DNA of 64,000 bases. Source: Planctomycetota bacterium. Lineage in GTDB: Bacteria > Planctomycetota > JACQVV01 > JASMLP01. The notes below the pieces were generated by a model that worked only from the letters and a program-made list of their open reading frames with translations, was not told where the DNA came from and did not search any database. Within the stretch, counting starts at the first letter, position 1; each line of letters opens with the position of its first letter. Location: positions 1,422 through 65,421 of the forward strand of contig JASMLP010000112.1 of assembly GCA_030748635.1 (NCBI GenBank). Reading direction: 5' to 3'. Positions 1 to 10,114 of this stretch are shown here, one piece after another. A program made the position numbers and the translations under genes.

Positions 1-489
<489 letters not shown>

Positions 490-495
490 AAATCA

Positions 496-531
496 GGGGT
501 TACAGATCTGATACCCGATCTGTCTGACCCC
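496..531. terminator. Imperfect hairpin between tgt and the convergent micro-ORF
   Basis: GGGGTTACAGATC...GATCTGTCTGACCCC inverted repeat directly after the tgt stop; no clear U-tract. Confidence 0.45.
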
Positions 532-560
532 ATCCGAAGCGCAGAACCGTCTTGAGCAAC

Positions 561-686
561 TCAAGACCACAAGAAGTGGCAGCAGCGAAAAAGCTCGCCT
601 CCCACCAGAAAGGCCAGGGAAAAGAGTATCAATCCGATCAAGATTTCTCCTCGTCCCGCAGGACGAGAGCTCGTTCTCGCTTGCAT
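561..686 (-). CDS. 41-aa single-TM micro-protein (not in ORF track)
   Basis: Hand translation MQARTSSRPAGRGEILIGLILFSLAFLVGGELFRCCHFLWS*; AGGAGG 7 nt upstream of ATG; resembles 895..1050. Confidence 0.7.
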   Translation of the reverse strand: MQARTSSRPAGRGEILIGLILFSLAFLVGGELFRCCHFLWS

Positions 687-795
687 GATAGAACCTCCTA
701 ATTCGCATCCCACCGGCAAGCTGATTCCTGCCGATGCTCCGTGGTCACGTAAAAGGGTCTACCTTCTGTTGTGGGGCCCAAAATGTCAGCAAGCA

Positions 796-837
796 AATAA
801 AATCTCGATCGATGAGGAGTCACCCATCGACCGAGAT
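796..837 (-). terminator. Probable intrinsic terminator downstream of 895..1050
   Basis: ATCTCGATCGATG...CATCGACCGAGAT stem followed on the minus strand by TTTATTT. Confidence 0.5.
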
Positions 838-894
838 CACGACAGAAAGAAATCTTAAAATCGCTCGCCGAATCACAGCAAACGGAGAGCAGAA

Positions 895-1050
895 TCAGAC
901 CGGGATGGACCAGCTACGCAGCAGCATCACGCAAAGCTGATTTCCCAGGACAAAAGCGGTGGCGAACGCCACGGCACCGACAGCCAGAGCCGCACCACGA
1001 TTTGAACGACGTTTCCCCTTGCGATGCTCGATCATTCTTGTGTCAGTCAT
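895..1050 (-). CDS. 51-aa single-TM micro-protein (not in ORF track)
   Basis: Hand translation MTDTRMIEHRKGKRRSNRGAALAVGAVAFATAFVLGNQLCVMLLRSWSIPV*; AAAGGGG SD-like motif upstream; basic N-terminus then hydrophobic helix. Confidence 0.68.
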   Translation of the reverse strand: MTDTRMIEHRKGKRRSNRGAALAVGAVAFATAFVLGNQLCVMLLRSWSIPV

Positions 1051-1516
1051 GATGCCAACCCCTTTCTGACTCTATATTTATGTAATCTTAGGACTCAAAA
1101 GGCTCTCGAATATTTTCTCGAGCGCCCTACATTTCCCCACCTGAATCCGATCGGGAGTGAGAAACACCAAAAAATGGAAATTTTTCCGCCCAAACTCGAA
1201 CTCGTGCCTGAATACGTGTGAATCGAGAACTGATCCGTAGGGTCAAGAAAACCTCTTTCCACACCCTTAGATACGCATTGCAAAGACCATGCTCTCAGAA
1301 AATCTTCAAAAAATTCCTTTTTTCACATATTGCCGACACACTCTCGACATCTCGAACCACCATCGACCTCCAGATGGATTGACGTCCCCCTCAGGAGCGA
1401 AACCGCGACTTCCGCGAAAAGCCGCGCTTGGCTCCAGGAACGGGCCTTCCGGCTTTCCTTATCCCGAGGGACGGGATAAATCATCTCGATCCCGCGCGCC
1501 CTGGAAGCCAAACGAG

Positions 1517-2506
1517 TTAGTCAGAAGATCCGGTCTCTTCTTTCGAATATTTCCAGGCGGCTAGTTTCAAGTGCGCAACCACTGGATAGTGATCGCTCAC
1601 ATGGGCTCGATCTCCCGAAGGGTTCACCACCACCTGACAAATCCCTACCCGAGAGATCCCTCCCCCCAGAATATGATCGATCCGCCCCAGAACCGGCTGG
1701 CCGGTCCAGTCGTGAAAGGTTCCCTGATCCAGCGGATCCGGGCTGAGGTCAAAAGCGTCCTGAATCGGCTCCTTGCAAAGGATCCGATACGCAACACCAT
1801 CCGGCGCAACATTCAGATCCCCAATGGCCAGAACCGGATATCCCTGCCGAAGTCGGTTCAGGAGGGTGCCGCGAACCCGAACGGCGCAACGCCGTCTCGC
1901 CAGGGAGTTCTGGTCAGGCAGATGCAGGTTGTAAACAAAAAATTCGTACGGTTCGCCGGCAAGATCCCGAAGGTGAAGCCAGGTGACAACCCGGGGAAAG
2001 GAGTTTCCCCAGCTAGTCGATCCTCGGCAATCGGGACGTTCCGATAGCCAGTAAGATCCGGAGTCGATCTTTTGGAATCGGCTCCGACGATAAAAGATAG
2101 AGCAAAACTCCCCCATGACTCCGCCGTACGAGCCCTCGCCAACAAAATCGTGAGACGGTAAACCTTTGCGGACATCCTCGAGTTGATGGTAAAGATCTTC
2201 TTGCAGACCCAAGATGTCCGGATCAGCCTTCCGAATCACCTGGAGAGCCCTCGCTCTACGCTGGGACCACTCCGGCCCGGGCACCAGCGGCAAATCGATC
2301 TTGAGATTAAAAGTCATCACCTTCATCTCGGGCCCACCCACCGAGGTGTCCGGCGCGAGCCAACTTTCAACCGATGTGCTTTCTATCGGAGCATCGAAAC
2401 GATTTCCAGGATCCCGAGCGGTCCAGACCAGTTCAGCGAGCGAAAGAACCGCAAAAACCACCACACTCGTGCCAGCCAAAATCCGAGATAACATCGCCAC
2501 TCCCAA
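1517..2506 (-). CDS. Endonuclease/exonuclease/phosphatase (EEP) family protein with N-terminal membrane anchor
   Basis: Motifs VMTFNL, DILGLQE, GDLN, RIDHI, SDHYPV. Confidence 0.92.
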   Translation of the reverse strand: MGVAMLSRILAGTSVVVFAVLSLAELVWTARDPGNRFDAPIESTSVESWLAPDTSVGGPEMKVMTFNLKIDLPLVPGPEWSQRRARALQVIRKADPDILGLQEDLYHQLEDVRKGLPSHDFVGEGSYGGVMGEFCSIFYRRSRFQKIDSGSYWLSERPDCRGSTSWGNSFPRVVTWLHLRDLAGEPYEFFVYNLHLPDQNSLARRRCAVRVRGTLLNRLRQGYPVLAIGDLNVAPDGVAYRILCKEPIQDAFDLSPDPLDQGTFHDWTGQPVLGRIDHILGGGISRVGICQVVVNPSGDRAHVSDHYPVVAHLKLAAWKYSKEETGSSD

Positions 2507-2534
2507 GACAAGGAACGAAAGCCCATAAAAGGAC

Positions 2535-2572
2535 CGAATACTCGCTCTTTCTCGCGAATACTCGTTCTTTCT
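2535..2572. repeat. 18-bp direct repeat, 2 copies, 20-bp period
   Basis: CGAATACTCGCTCTTTCT (2535) and CGAATACTCGTTCTTTCT (2555), 17/18 identical. Confidence 0.8.
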
Positions 2573-2670
2573 TAACGGTTATGTACTCAAAGTATAGGTC
2601 AGAAGGACCCGCCCGGCACGCCGCAGTGCGTCAAATCTCTCCTTGGAACCGTAGGGCTCCAAATCCGCAG

Positions 2671-2699
2671 TTGTTCCTCCTGCCAAGGAACTCTATAAT
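2671..2699 (+). promoter_or_regulatory. Sigma70-type promoter for the aldehyde dehydrogenase
   Basis: TTGTTC-N17-TATAAT, 9 nt before ATG 2709. Confidence 0.65.
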
Positions 2700-2708
2700 T
2701 CGGAACTT

Positions 2709-4208
2709 ATGGATTCGGATCTCAAGGCGCTTCAAGACGTTCGGGACCTTCTCGGTGCTGCCCGAGCTGCACAGAAAGAATACCTGCACTTCAATCAGTC
2801 CCAGGTAGACCGAGTCTGTGAATCGGTGGTCCAGGCGGGCTTAGACCATGCTCGCTACCTGGCCGAACTGGCTGCGGAGGAAACACAGCTAGGAGTCGCC
2901 GAGAGCAAAGTACTCAAAAATGAGTTCTCGGTCCGTGATGCGTGGGAAGATTTCAAGGATCTCAAGACAGTCGGCATTATCAAATCCGAACCGGAAAACG
3001 GATACCATGAGATTGCTGAACCCTTCGGGGTCGTCGCGGCCGTGATTCCCATGACCAATCCGACTTCCACCGCCCTGTTCAAGATTCTGATCTCACTCAA
3101 AACGAGAAACGCGATCGTCGTCAGCCCTCACCCCCGTTCGGTGCGCTGTATCGCTGAAAGCTGTCGCATCGCTCAGGAAGCAGCTGTTCGCGCGGGCGCC
3201 CCACAAGGGCTGATACAGTGGATGACGCAAGTGACTATCGAAGCCACTCAGCACCTCATGGGCCATGAATGGACCGACCTGATCGTCGCCACAGGTGGCG
3301 AAGGACTCGTTCACGCCGCCTACTCTGCGGGTAATCCCGCCTACGGAGTGGGCCCAGGAAATGTGTCGGTCTACATTCACAGATCCGCTGATGTCCCCCA
3401 CGCAGCAGCCGCCATCGTGACCAGCCAGACCTTCGACAACGCAACCATCTGCTGCTCGGAACAATCGCTGGTCTGTGACCAGAGTCGCAGCCAGGAATTC
3501 CTCTCTGAACTCAAACGACACAAGGCGCATGTCACCTCTCCCGAAGAGACCACCATGCTGGAACGAGTCTGCGTCCGAGGACGCATGATGAACCCCGAGA
3601 TCGTCGGTAAGTTCCCCGCCTTTATTGCCCGTAAAGCTGGCTTTTCAATCCCCGAAGACACCACGGTTTTGATCGTCCCCTATCAAGGCGTAGGCCCCAA
3701 ATACCCACTTTCTTGTGAAATCCTCACCCCTCTACTTACTTACTACGAAGCGGATAACGAACAACAAGCCGAGGAGCTTTGCCTCGAAATTCTTCGATTT
3801 GGAGGACTGGGTCACACGTTTGGCATCCACGCCACAGACGAAGAACTCATTCGAAGCTGGGCTTTCAAGATGCCGGTCAATCGCTATCTGGTCAACGCTC
3901 CGACCACCCAGGGGGGCATCGGGTTCTCGGTAAAAATGGAACCGTCGATGACCCTCGGATGCGGATCCTTCGGAAAAAATATTTCCGGGGACAACATCAC
4001 GGCTCGCCACCTGATGTGCATCAAGAAATTCTGTTACATCAAACCGGAATTCGACCAGAAGTACATCCAGCCACGCCTCCAGGGGACCTCAACCTCCCCA
4101 ACTCCCAGTGCTCAGCCAAACCCCGAACTCCATGCAGGCGCGCCCCGCCCCGTCCTCGCCCCCGTTCGGCCCTACCTCATGGACAAACACAACCGGCGCC
4201 GTCTGTAG
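2709..4208 (+). CDS. CoA-acylating aldehyde dehydrogenase (AdhE-N/EutE-like)
   Basis: PMTNPTST, SPHPR, ATGG, GVGPGN, FDNATICCSEQ (catalytic Cys), GHT, LGCGSFG. Confidence 0.92.
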   Translation: MDSDLKALQDVRDLLGAARAAQKEYLHFNQSQVDRVCESVVQAGLDHARYLAELAAEETQLGVAESKVLKNEFSVRDAWEDFKDLKTVGIIKSEPENGYHEIAEPFGVVAAVIPMTNPTSTALFKILISLKTRNAIVVSPHPRSVRCIAESCRIAQEAAVRAGAPQGLIQWMTQVTIEATQHLMGHEWTDLIVATGGEGLVHAAYSAGNPAYGVGPGNVSVYIHRSADVPHAAAAIVTSQTFDNATICCSEQSLVCDQSRSQEFLSELKRHKAHVTSPEETTMLERVCVRGRMMNPEIVGKFPAFIARKAGFSIPEDTTVLIVPYQGVGPKYPLSCEILTPLLTYYEADNEQQAEELCLEILRFGGLGHTFGIHATDEELIRSWAFKMPVNRYLVNAPTTQGGIGFSVKMEPSMTLGCGSFGKNISGDNITARHLMCIKKFCYIKPEFDQKYIQPRLQGTSTSPTPSAQPNPELHAGAPRPVLAPVRPYLMDKHNRRRL

Positions 4209-4234
4209 AACTCCTCCGGGTAGCGTTCAAGAGG

Positions 4235-5920
4235 TCATTTATCGGACCGTAATGACCTGACCGACTTTCCGATATCTTCGAGAGCCTGATCCGTGGGTCG
4301 ACCGGACTCCCATAGTCCGGCAAATCGCATCTCCAGCTCCAGTAAACGCGCCCCTTGCCAGCGGATTACGGCTTCCCCGGATCGGATCGACTCACTATCC
4401 AGCAAGGGGGGAACGACCGGCAAAGACCGGAGAACCCCTCGGCCCTGAGTTCTCAAAACCCGAGCTTCCCAGACTAGAGCCCATGAAGTCCAGTCGGCAG
4501 CCTCAAGACTTCGAGCCTGTTGAACTCGCGTCATCTGAGCTTCCAACTCCGCCAACCGTTGCTTCATCTCCATCCGCCCCACCGCGATCGCATCCTGTCG
4601 TATACCCGAAAAAGCGTGCTTGAGGAAAATTTTGGTGACGAGCTTTCGGAAACGGACCCTGGAGTCTAACTCTGGACTCTCGCTCCGTTCACCCGACTGG
4701 GTTCGCTTTGAATAGGCCTCTTTCCACCAGACGATCCCTTCCATAGCCAGTCCGCAAAGATCCGACATCAAGGGGGATGAGCCGCCGACTTTCTCCTGGA
4801 CAACTTCACGCAAATCGTGAAACCAGTGGGCTGACGCACGTACCCAGGACTTTCGATTCTTCCAGGGGAATCGGTCGAGTTCCGAGATCACAACCAGAAC
4901 ATCCTCGAAGTTCTGATAAGAAAGCAAACGAGCCGACGGTTCCTTGCCAATCAGGGAGCGAGGGGCGATGCGCTGACCTTGCGCTGTCAACCAGACCTGG
5001 AGTGCCGGGATCACCTCCTGAGTCAAAACATCTCCAGCACGATCCGAACTCAAAACCCATTCGAGATTAAGCGTACGAACCCACCCCTTGCGAACCTCTT
5101 TGTAGGATCGCCTCGGAGGAGGACCCCGCCACTCCGGGACCTTCGCGAGAAAATCTCGGGCCTCGTACTCTGCATCTCTCAGGTAGTTCATCAACCGGGA
5201 GAGCAAACGATCGGTTCGATAAAAAGGAGGAAATGTCCATCGAGTAAGTCGCTGCTTCTCTGCCTGAGAAAGTTCTTGGCAACGAGTCACAAAAGACCCA
5301 AGCCATTTTCGAAAAGCCCCCCTTTGCTCGGCAGTTGGACTCTCCAACGCACCCAGCCGATCGTTCCTTTCTCGGGCTTCTCGATAGAGTCCCTCCGTTC
5401 TCTTTTCCAGCTGTATCAGAACCTCTCGATCCCGCCGAAGCGCGTTCACCCTTGACTTGGATGTACCCAGACTCAAGCCGACCCCCATCTCGTATCCGGT
5501 CCTATCTCCATCCAGGAGACCACGAATCTTTCCGGGCTGATTAGCCGGGAAAAAAGAGGCGGACACCCAGTAGTCTCTAGGGAAGAACAGAGCCCGATAC
5601 TCGCCAAATCGAGCCTCGAATCCTTGCCCATCGCAACGCACCGCTCGCCGATCCAAAACTCGCCCCTCATCTCCATCGGCATGGAGTGTCACTTGCAACC
5701 AGACCCCAACCGGTAGTCCATGAGTCTTTCCTTTCAACACCAGCGAGTGACCACTGGGCGCTGAAACGCGTTCAAACCCCGACAAAGTAAAAGGAGGTTC
5801 TGCGACCGACGGCGAGGCGATCAAGCCGCCGGTGAGGAGCCACAAAAAACCGATTACGATCCGCTTGATGTAACAGAATCTCCGACAGTGGAGTTGGAGC
5901 AAGTTATAATGAACGACCAT
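4235..5920 (-). CDS. Hypothetical exported protein
   Basis: 561-aa ORF overlapping the tmk end; signal-peptide-like KRIVIGFLWLLTGGLIASPSVA; start uncertain. Confidence 0.7.
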   Translation of the reverse strand: MVVHYNLLQLHCRRFCYIKRIVIGFLWLLTGGLIASPSVAEPPFTLSGFERVSAPSGHSLVLKGKTHGLPVGVWLQVTLHADGDEGRVLDRRAVRCDGQGFEARFGEYRALFFPRDYWVSASFFPANQPGKIRGLLDGDRTGYEMGVGLSLGTSKSRVNALRRDREVLIQLEKRTEGLYREARERNDRLGALESPTAEQRGAFRKWLGSFVTRCQELSQAEKQRLTRWTFPPFYRTDRLLSRLMNYLRDAEYEARDFLAKVPEWRGPPPRRSYKEVRKGWVRTLNLEWVLSSDRAGDVLTQEVIPALQVWLTAQGQRIAPRSLIGKEPSARLLSYQNFEDVLVVISELDRFPWKNRKSWVRASAHWFHDLREVVQEKVGGSSPLMSDLCGLAMEGIVWWKEAYSKRTQSGERSESPELDSRVRFRKLVTKIFLKHAFSGIRQDAIAVGRMEMKQRLAELEAQMTRVQQARSLEAADWTSWALVWEARVLRTQGRGVLRSLPVVPPLLDSESIRSGEAVIRWQGARLLELEMRFAGLWESGRPTDQALEDIGKSVRSLRSDK

Positions 5921-6575
5921 GTTCCACGAAAAGAGGGGTCAATCGGGTCAGGATTTCGTCAAAAACATCATCCACCGAGCCTGTCCCGTCAATAATTTCC
6001 AGTCGCTCCCCTTCGGATTTCAAAGCTTCCATACAAAACTCATAATGAGAACTGACTCGCTCCAGGATTTCAGGCTCTTCGAAAAGATCCCGATGTCGCC
6101 GGTCCAGATTACGACGCGTTTCACACACCGAGACTGGAACCCGAAGGAAAAGGGTCATATCCGGACGACGAGCTCGCCGATTAACCTCTCGCAACCACTG
6201 AAAATTGGAACGGTCCTTCTCCATCTGGTAGGCCAGACTGGAAAGAACATAGCGATCACTGATAACATCCACTCCATCTTCGAGACGCGGCAGAACCACA
6301 TGTTGCAGGTGATCGATTCGGTCCGCAGCAAAAAGGAGGGCCAACGCAGAAGACTCCATCGATTTCGCCTCCTCACCCCCCGAAGCCGAAACCACTCGCT
6401 TCCCGAGCATCAGGCGGATCAAAGATCCTGTCGGTCCCGGAGAAGGTTCGGCTGTCACCACCGCCTCTCCGCCGAGTCTCCGAAGATGATCACGCAAGCG
6501 ACGAGATTGGGTCGTCGTACCTGAACCATCAAGCCCCTCGAATACGACAAAGAATCCCGTTCCTCTTTTCACCAT
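5904..6575 (-). CDS. tmk: Thymidylate kinase
   Basis: FEGLDGSGTTTQ P-loop (Thr at the usual Lys), EPS, LFAADR, ISDRY..SSLAYQ. Confidence 0.95.
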   Translation of the reverse strand: MVKRGTGFFVVFEGLDGSGTTTQSRRLRDHLRRLGGEAVVTAEPSPGPTGSLIRLMLGKRVVSASGGEEAKSMESSALALLFAADRIDHLQHVVLPRLEDGVDVISDRYVLSSLAYQMEKDRSNFQWLREVNRRARRPDMTLFLRVPVSVCETRRNLDRRHRDLFEEPEILERVSSHYEFCMEALKSEGERLEIIDGTGSVDDVFDEILTRLTPLFVEHGRSL

Positions 6576-6656
6576 GGCCTTACGAATTCCTCATTTCTAC
6601 TTAACTCCGTGAATCAAACACTTTCGATCGACTGACCATCCACGTCAAGAGCCCAC

Positions 6657-8420
6657 GTGTCCAGCACAACACCTCCCCCCCCCACAGAAGACACCGTTAG
6701 CGTAACACGGGACCGCCGGATTCGAACCCGTCTGATCTATATTGCTGGCCTCGCAAGCATAGTGGATCTGATCATTTCAGGTCCATCCACCACAGACACT
6801 TATTTGCTTTGCACCGCCGGTTTCGACCTTGTACTCGGGATCATCTTTGTCGCGCTTCTGATCCACGACCACCGATTGACGACCCAAAGTCTCATTCCAA
6901 CCGTGATCTACCTGGGTCTGATCGGTGTGAGCTCGGCTTCCTGGTATTCCCCGGATATTTCGTTCACCACCACATTCATCTGGCTCCGTATTCTTCGTGG
7001 CTGCTTGATCCTCCATGTGCTGGCCGAGCACATCCAGGATCTCCATCAGTACGATATGTACGAAAATATCACCCACCGATATAGCAAAAGCCCAGCCCTC
7101 GTCTTTCTATTGAGTTTCGCGGTGGTCATTTTCGTTGGGACCATTTTGCTAGCACAGTCCGCTTTCACGACCTCCGGCGACGCGACCCCCATACTGGACG
7201 CATTTTTCACCGCAACCAGTGCGACGTGCGTCACCGGACTGACCACACTGGACACGGGAACTCACTGGAATCTGGGGGGACAAATTGTTGTTCTCGTACT
7301 CATCCAGGTAGGCGCCCTGGGCATCATGAGCCTCGTCTCGGTCTGTTTTCTGCTCCTCAAGGAACGCATGGCTCTCACCGACGAACAGATTGTCGGCCGG
7401 TCACTCAGCGCTTCTTCTCGAACGATGGCTCCCATGAAAGCGACCGTTCGCCGAGTGGTGTTATGGGCGGTCACCTTTGAAGTCCTGGGATTCTGTCTCC
7501 TGGCTCGACTCTGGCCGACAGAATCCGAACCGGCCTATTGGGATGCGCTCTTTCACTCGATCTCGGCGTTTTGCAACGCGGGATTTTCGCTCGAGAGCAG
7601 CAGCCTCATGAACTTTGGGAAGAACCCTCTGATTCTTACTGTGATCATGACACTGATCATCATGGGAGGACTCGGCGTCACCGTCCTGATCAATATGGGC
7701 CAACAGTGCGTGTCTCGATGGAGAGGAAAACGCAAGTATGTCCTCTCGCTCCAAACACGAATTGTTCTCCTCAGCACCCTCAGCCTACTCGTCCTGGGGT
7801 CGTTCAGTTTTGCCATAACCGAGTGGCGAGGGGTTCTACGTGACATGGAGCCGGGCGAAGGGGTCTTCTTTTGCCTCTTTCAAGCCACCACCTCGCGTAC
7901 CGCGGGTTTCAATACGGTCGACATCGACTCTCTCTCCGACGCTTCGCTGGTCACAACCATGGCGTTGATGTTCATCGGAGGCTCCCCGGCATCGACCGCG
8001 GGGGGAATCAAAACCACCACCTTTTTCCTGCTCCTGCTGGCGATCTGGGGAATTCTAAAAAATAGGGAAGAACCGCAGATCTTCGGCCGCACGATCCCAC
8101 GAGCTAACCTGTACCGAGCGACCGCGATTTTCACTCTCGGCCTAGGGATTCTTCTCCTTTTCAGCATCCTGATATTGGCGATAGAACAGAAAAACCCCGC
8201 TTGCTCCTTTCGGTCGATCGTCTTCGAAGTTTTCAGCGCATTCGGAACGGTCGGACTTTCCGCTGGAATCACGGCAAAACTTTCTGGTCTCAGCAAGTTC
8301 CTCGTGTGTATTCTCATGTTTCTCGGCCGAATCGGACCGATCACTCTCGCGGTTGCCCTGACAACCGGAGAAGCGCCTCGTTCACGCACCTTCCCTTACG
8401 AAGGAGTGGGGGTCGGCTGA
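6657..8420 (+). CDS. ktrB: KtrB/TrkH-family K+ transporter subunit with extra N-terminal TM region
   Basis: Pore motifs SATCVTGL, SAFCNAGF, TSRTAGF, SAFGTVGLS; GGSPASTAGGIK; MFLGRIG. Confidence 0.93.
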   Translation: MSSTTPPPPTEDTVSVTRDRRIRTRLIYIAGLASIVDLIISGPSTTDTYLLCTAGFDLVLGIIFVALLIHDHRLTTQSLIPTVIYLGLIGVSSASWYSPDISFTTTFIWLRILRGCLILHVLAEHIQDLHQYDMYENITHRYSKSPALVFLLSFAVVIFVGTILLAQSAFTTSGDATPILDAFFTATSATCVTGLTTLDTGTHWNLGGQIVVLVLIQVGALGIMSLVSVCFLLLKERMALTDEQIVGRSLSASSRTMAPMKATVRRVVLWAVTFEVLGFCLLARLWPTESEPAYWDALFHSISAFCNAGFSLESSSLMNFGKNPLILTVIMTLIIMGGLGVTVLINMGQQCVSRWRGKRKYVLSLQTRIVLLSTLSLLVLGSFSFAITEWRGVLRDMEPGEGVFFCLFQATTSRTAGFNTVDIDSLSDASLVTTMALMFIGGSPASTAGGIKTTTFFLLLLAIWGILKNREEPQIFGRTIPRANLYRATAIFTLGLGILLLFSILILAIEQKNPACSFRSIVFEVFSAFGTVGLSAGITAKLSGLSKFLVCILMFLGRIGPITLAVALTTGEAPRSRTFPYEGVGVG

Positions 8421-8448
8421 CCTTACTTGACAGGAGAAATCAAATATC

Positions 8449-9147
8449 ATGAAACGACGAATCATCGTCATCGGACTGGGAACATTGGGAAAAGAAGTGG
8501 CCTTGTTCCTAGCCAACAACGGAGCCGAAGTCTTGGCGATCGACAAGCAAGAAGAAGAAGTGACACGGATCGCCAAGGAAGTGAGCCAAGTGGCCATCGT
8601 GGACGGAACCGACATGAAAACTCTTCGCTCCCTCAACGCCCAGGAGTACGACGGCGCGGTGGTCGCCATCGGAGATAACATCCAGTCGAGCATCATGACG
8701 ACCCTGGTCCTGAAGGACCATTTACGCATTCCTGAGGTTTTTGCCCGAGCTGTCAACGAAGATCACGGACAGATCCTGGACAAGGTCGGAGCGGACACGG
8801 TTTTCCACGTCGAACGCGAAATGGGCCGTCGGGTCGGTTCAAGTATCCTTCGCCCCCACTTTCGAGACTATTTTGGTGTGTCCGGTGATCTTGCAGTCAT
8901 CGAAATCAACGCGGAAGAATCCATGATCGGCAAAACTATGGCCGAGCTGGACTTCAAGAACCGATACAAAGCGTACTGCCTCGCCCTTCGCCGTGGCCGG
9001 GCCGGAGAAAAAGAGGAACTCGGTGGCCTAAAAACCCAGGAAACCGGTCGCGATCGGGTCGTGAATATGCCCGAAGCGGATACTCGCATCCAAGCGGACG
9101 ATGTCCTGGTTCTGATCGGCATGGATCGCGATCTCCAAAGCCTCTGA
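8449..9147 (+). CDS. ktrA: KtrA/TrkA-family RCK regulatory subunit
   Basis: IIVIGLGTLG Rossmann motif, VVAIGD, C-terminal RCK_C; follows ktrB. Confidence 0.92.
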   Translation: MKRRIIVIGLGTLGKEVALFLANNGAEVLAIDKQEEEVTRIAKEVSQVAIVDGTDMKTLRSLNAQEYDGAVVAIGDNIQSSIMTTLVLKDHLRIPEVFARAVNEDHGQILDKVGADTVFHVEREMGRRVGSSILRPHFRDYFGVSGDLAVIEINAEESMIGKTMAELDFKNRYKAYCLALRRGRAGEKEELGGLKTQETGRDRVVNMPEADTRIQADDVLVLIGMDRDLQSL

Positions 9148-10067
9148 TGTTTCGTTTTCTCTTTCTTGCCCTCTCCGGAAGCCGAATAGGCCGGTTTTTG
9201 GCTGAACGCATGCCCCTCGCAAGTCGGATTCCTCGCCGTTTCGTAGCCAGCACGGAGTTAGAAGAGACCTTAGATCAGGTCGAAAGACTCAATCGACTTG
9301 GCCTGAAAGCCACTCTGGACCCTCTGGGAGAAAATGTCACCAAGCGGCCTATCGCCGAGCAAGCGATAATCTCTTATTCACGGATGCTCGATCGGATTGC
9401 CGCCCGAAATCTCGACTGCAACCTCTCGATCAAGATGACCCAGTGCGGACTGGACATCGACCGCGACCTTTGCATGCAGGGGATTCGTAAGACACTCGAT
9501 TGCGCCCAGCGGCACAACAACTTTGTCCGAATCGATATGGAAGGGTCTCCTTACACTCAGACCACTCTCGATGCGTTCTGGGAATTGCGACAAGAGTACG
9601 ACAACGTGGGGTGTGTCATCCAATCCTATCTCTTCCGTAGCACCGAAGACATTCAAAGGATCTGTGAGTCAGGTGTCGCTGTCCGCCTGTGCAAAGGAGC
9701 CTACCAGGAACCTCCAGAAATCGCCTTTCCGGAAAAAGAGCGGGTCGATGACCACTACAAACAGCTCACCGAACACCTCCTGCGACCTCTATCGCTTCAA
9801 AATGGCACCTACCCCGCGTTCGCGACTCACGATCTCGATATGATCCAGCACGTACGAGATCTCACCCAGGATATAGACCCCAAAACATTCGAATTTCAGA
9901 TGCTCTACGGAATCCGCAGGGCGTTGCAAGTCGAACTGGCCCAGATGGGATTCCAGGTTCGAATCTACGTCCCGTTCGGCCCGGAATGGTACCCGTACTT
10001 CATGCGACGATTGGCCGAACGCCCCGCCAATGCGTGGTTTATCTTCAAAAGCCTATTCACCAAGTAA
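9147..10067 (+). CDS. Monofunctional proline dehydrogenase
   Basis: LDPLGE, SIKMTQ, RIDME, QSYL, RLCKGAY, FATHD, EFQMLYG, YFMRRLAERP. Confidence 0.95.
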   Translation: MFRFLFLALSGSRIGRFLAERMPLASRIPRRFVASTELEETLDQVERLNRLGLKATLDPLGENVTKRPIAEQAIISYSRMLDRIAARNLDCNLSIKMTQCGLDIDRDLCMQGIRKTLDCAQRHNNFVRIDMEGSPYTQTTLDAFWELRQEYDNVGCVIQSYLFRSTEDIQRICESGVAVRLCKGAYQEPPEIAFPEKERVDDHYKQLTEHLLRPLSLQNGTYPAFATHDLDMIQHVRDLTQDIDPKTFEFQMLYGIRRALQVELAQMGFQVRIYVPFGPEWYPYFMRRLAERPANAWFIFKSLFTK

Positions 10068-10114
10068 CCGAATCCCGGCCGCCCCTTAGCACTTCGCTCG
10101 CCCCCCTCGTCGAT

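Noticed and set aside
561-1050. Micro-ORFs as the missing Flp pilins of the Tad system
   Set aside because: Both have RG before a hydrophobic helix but lack the Glu+5/Tyr+6 signature of Flp pilins, and they lie over 50 kb from the tad genes
490-1516. Riboswitch or known structured ncRNA next to tgt
   Set aside because: Region is downstream of tgt; the hairpins fit terminators of the flanking ORFs and I recognised no aptamer consensus (an Rfam scan would settle it)
2535-2572. CRISPR repeat
   Set aside because: Only two 18-bp copies separated by 2 nt and no cas genes
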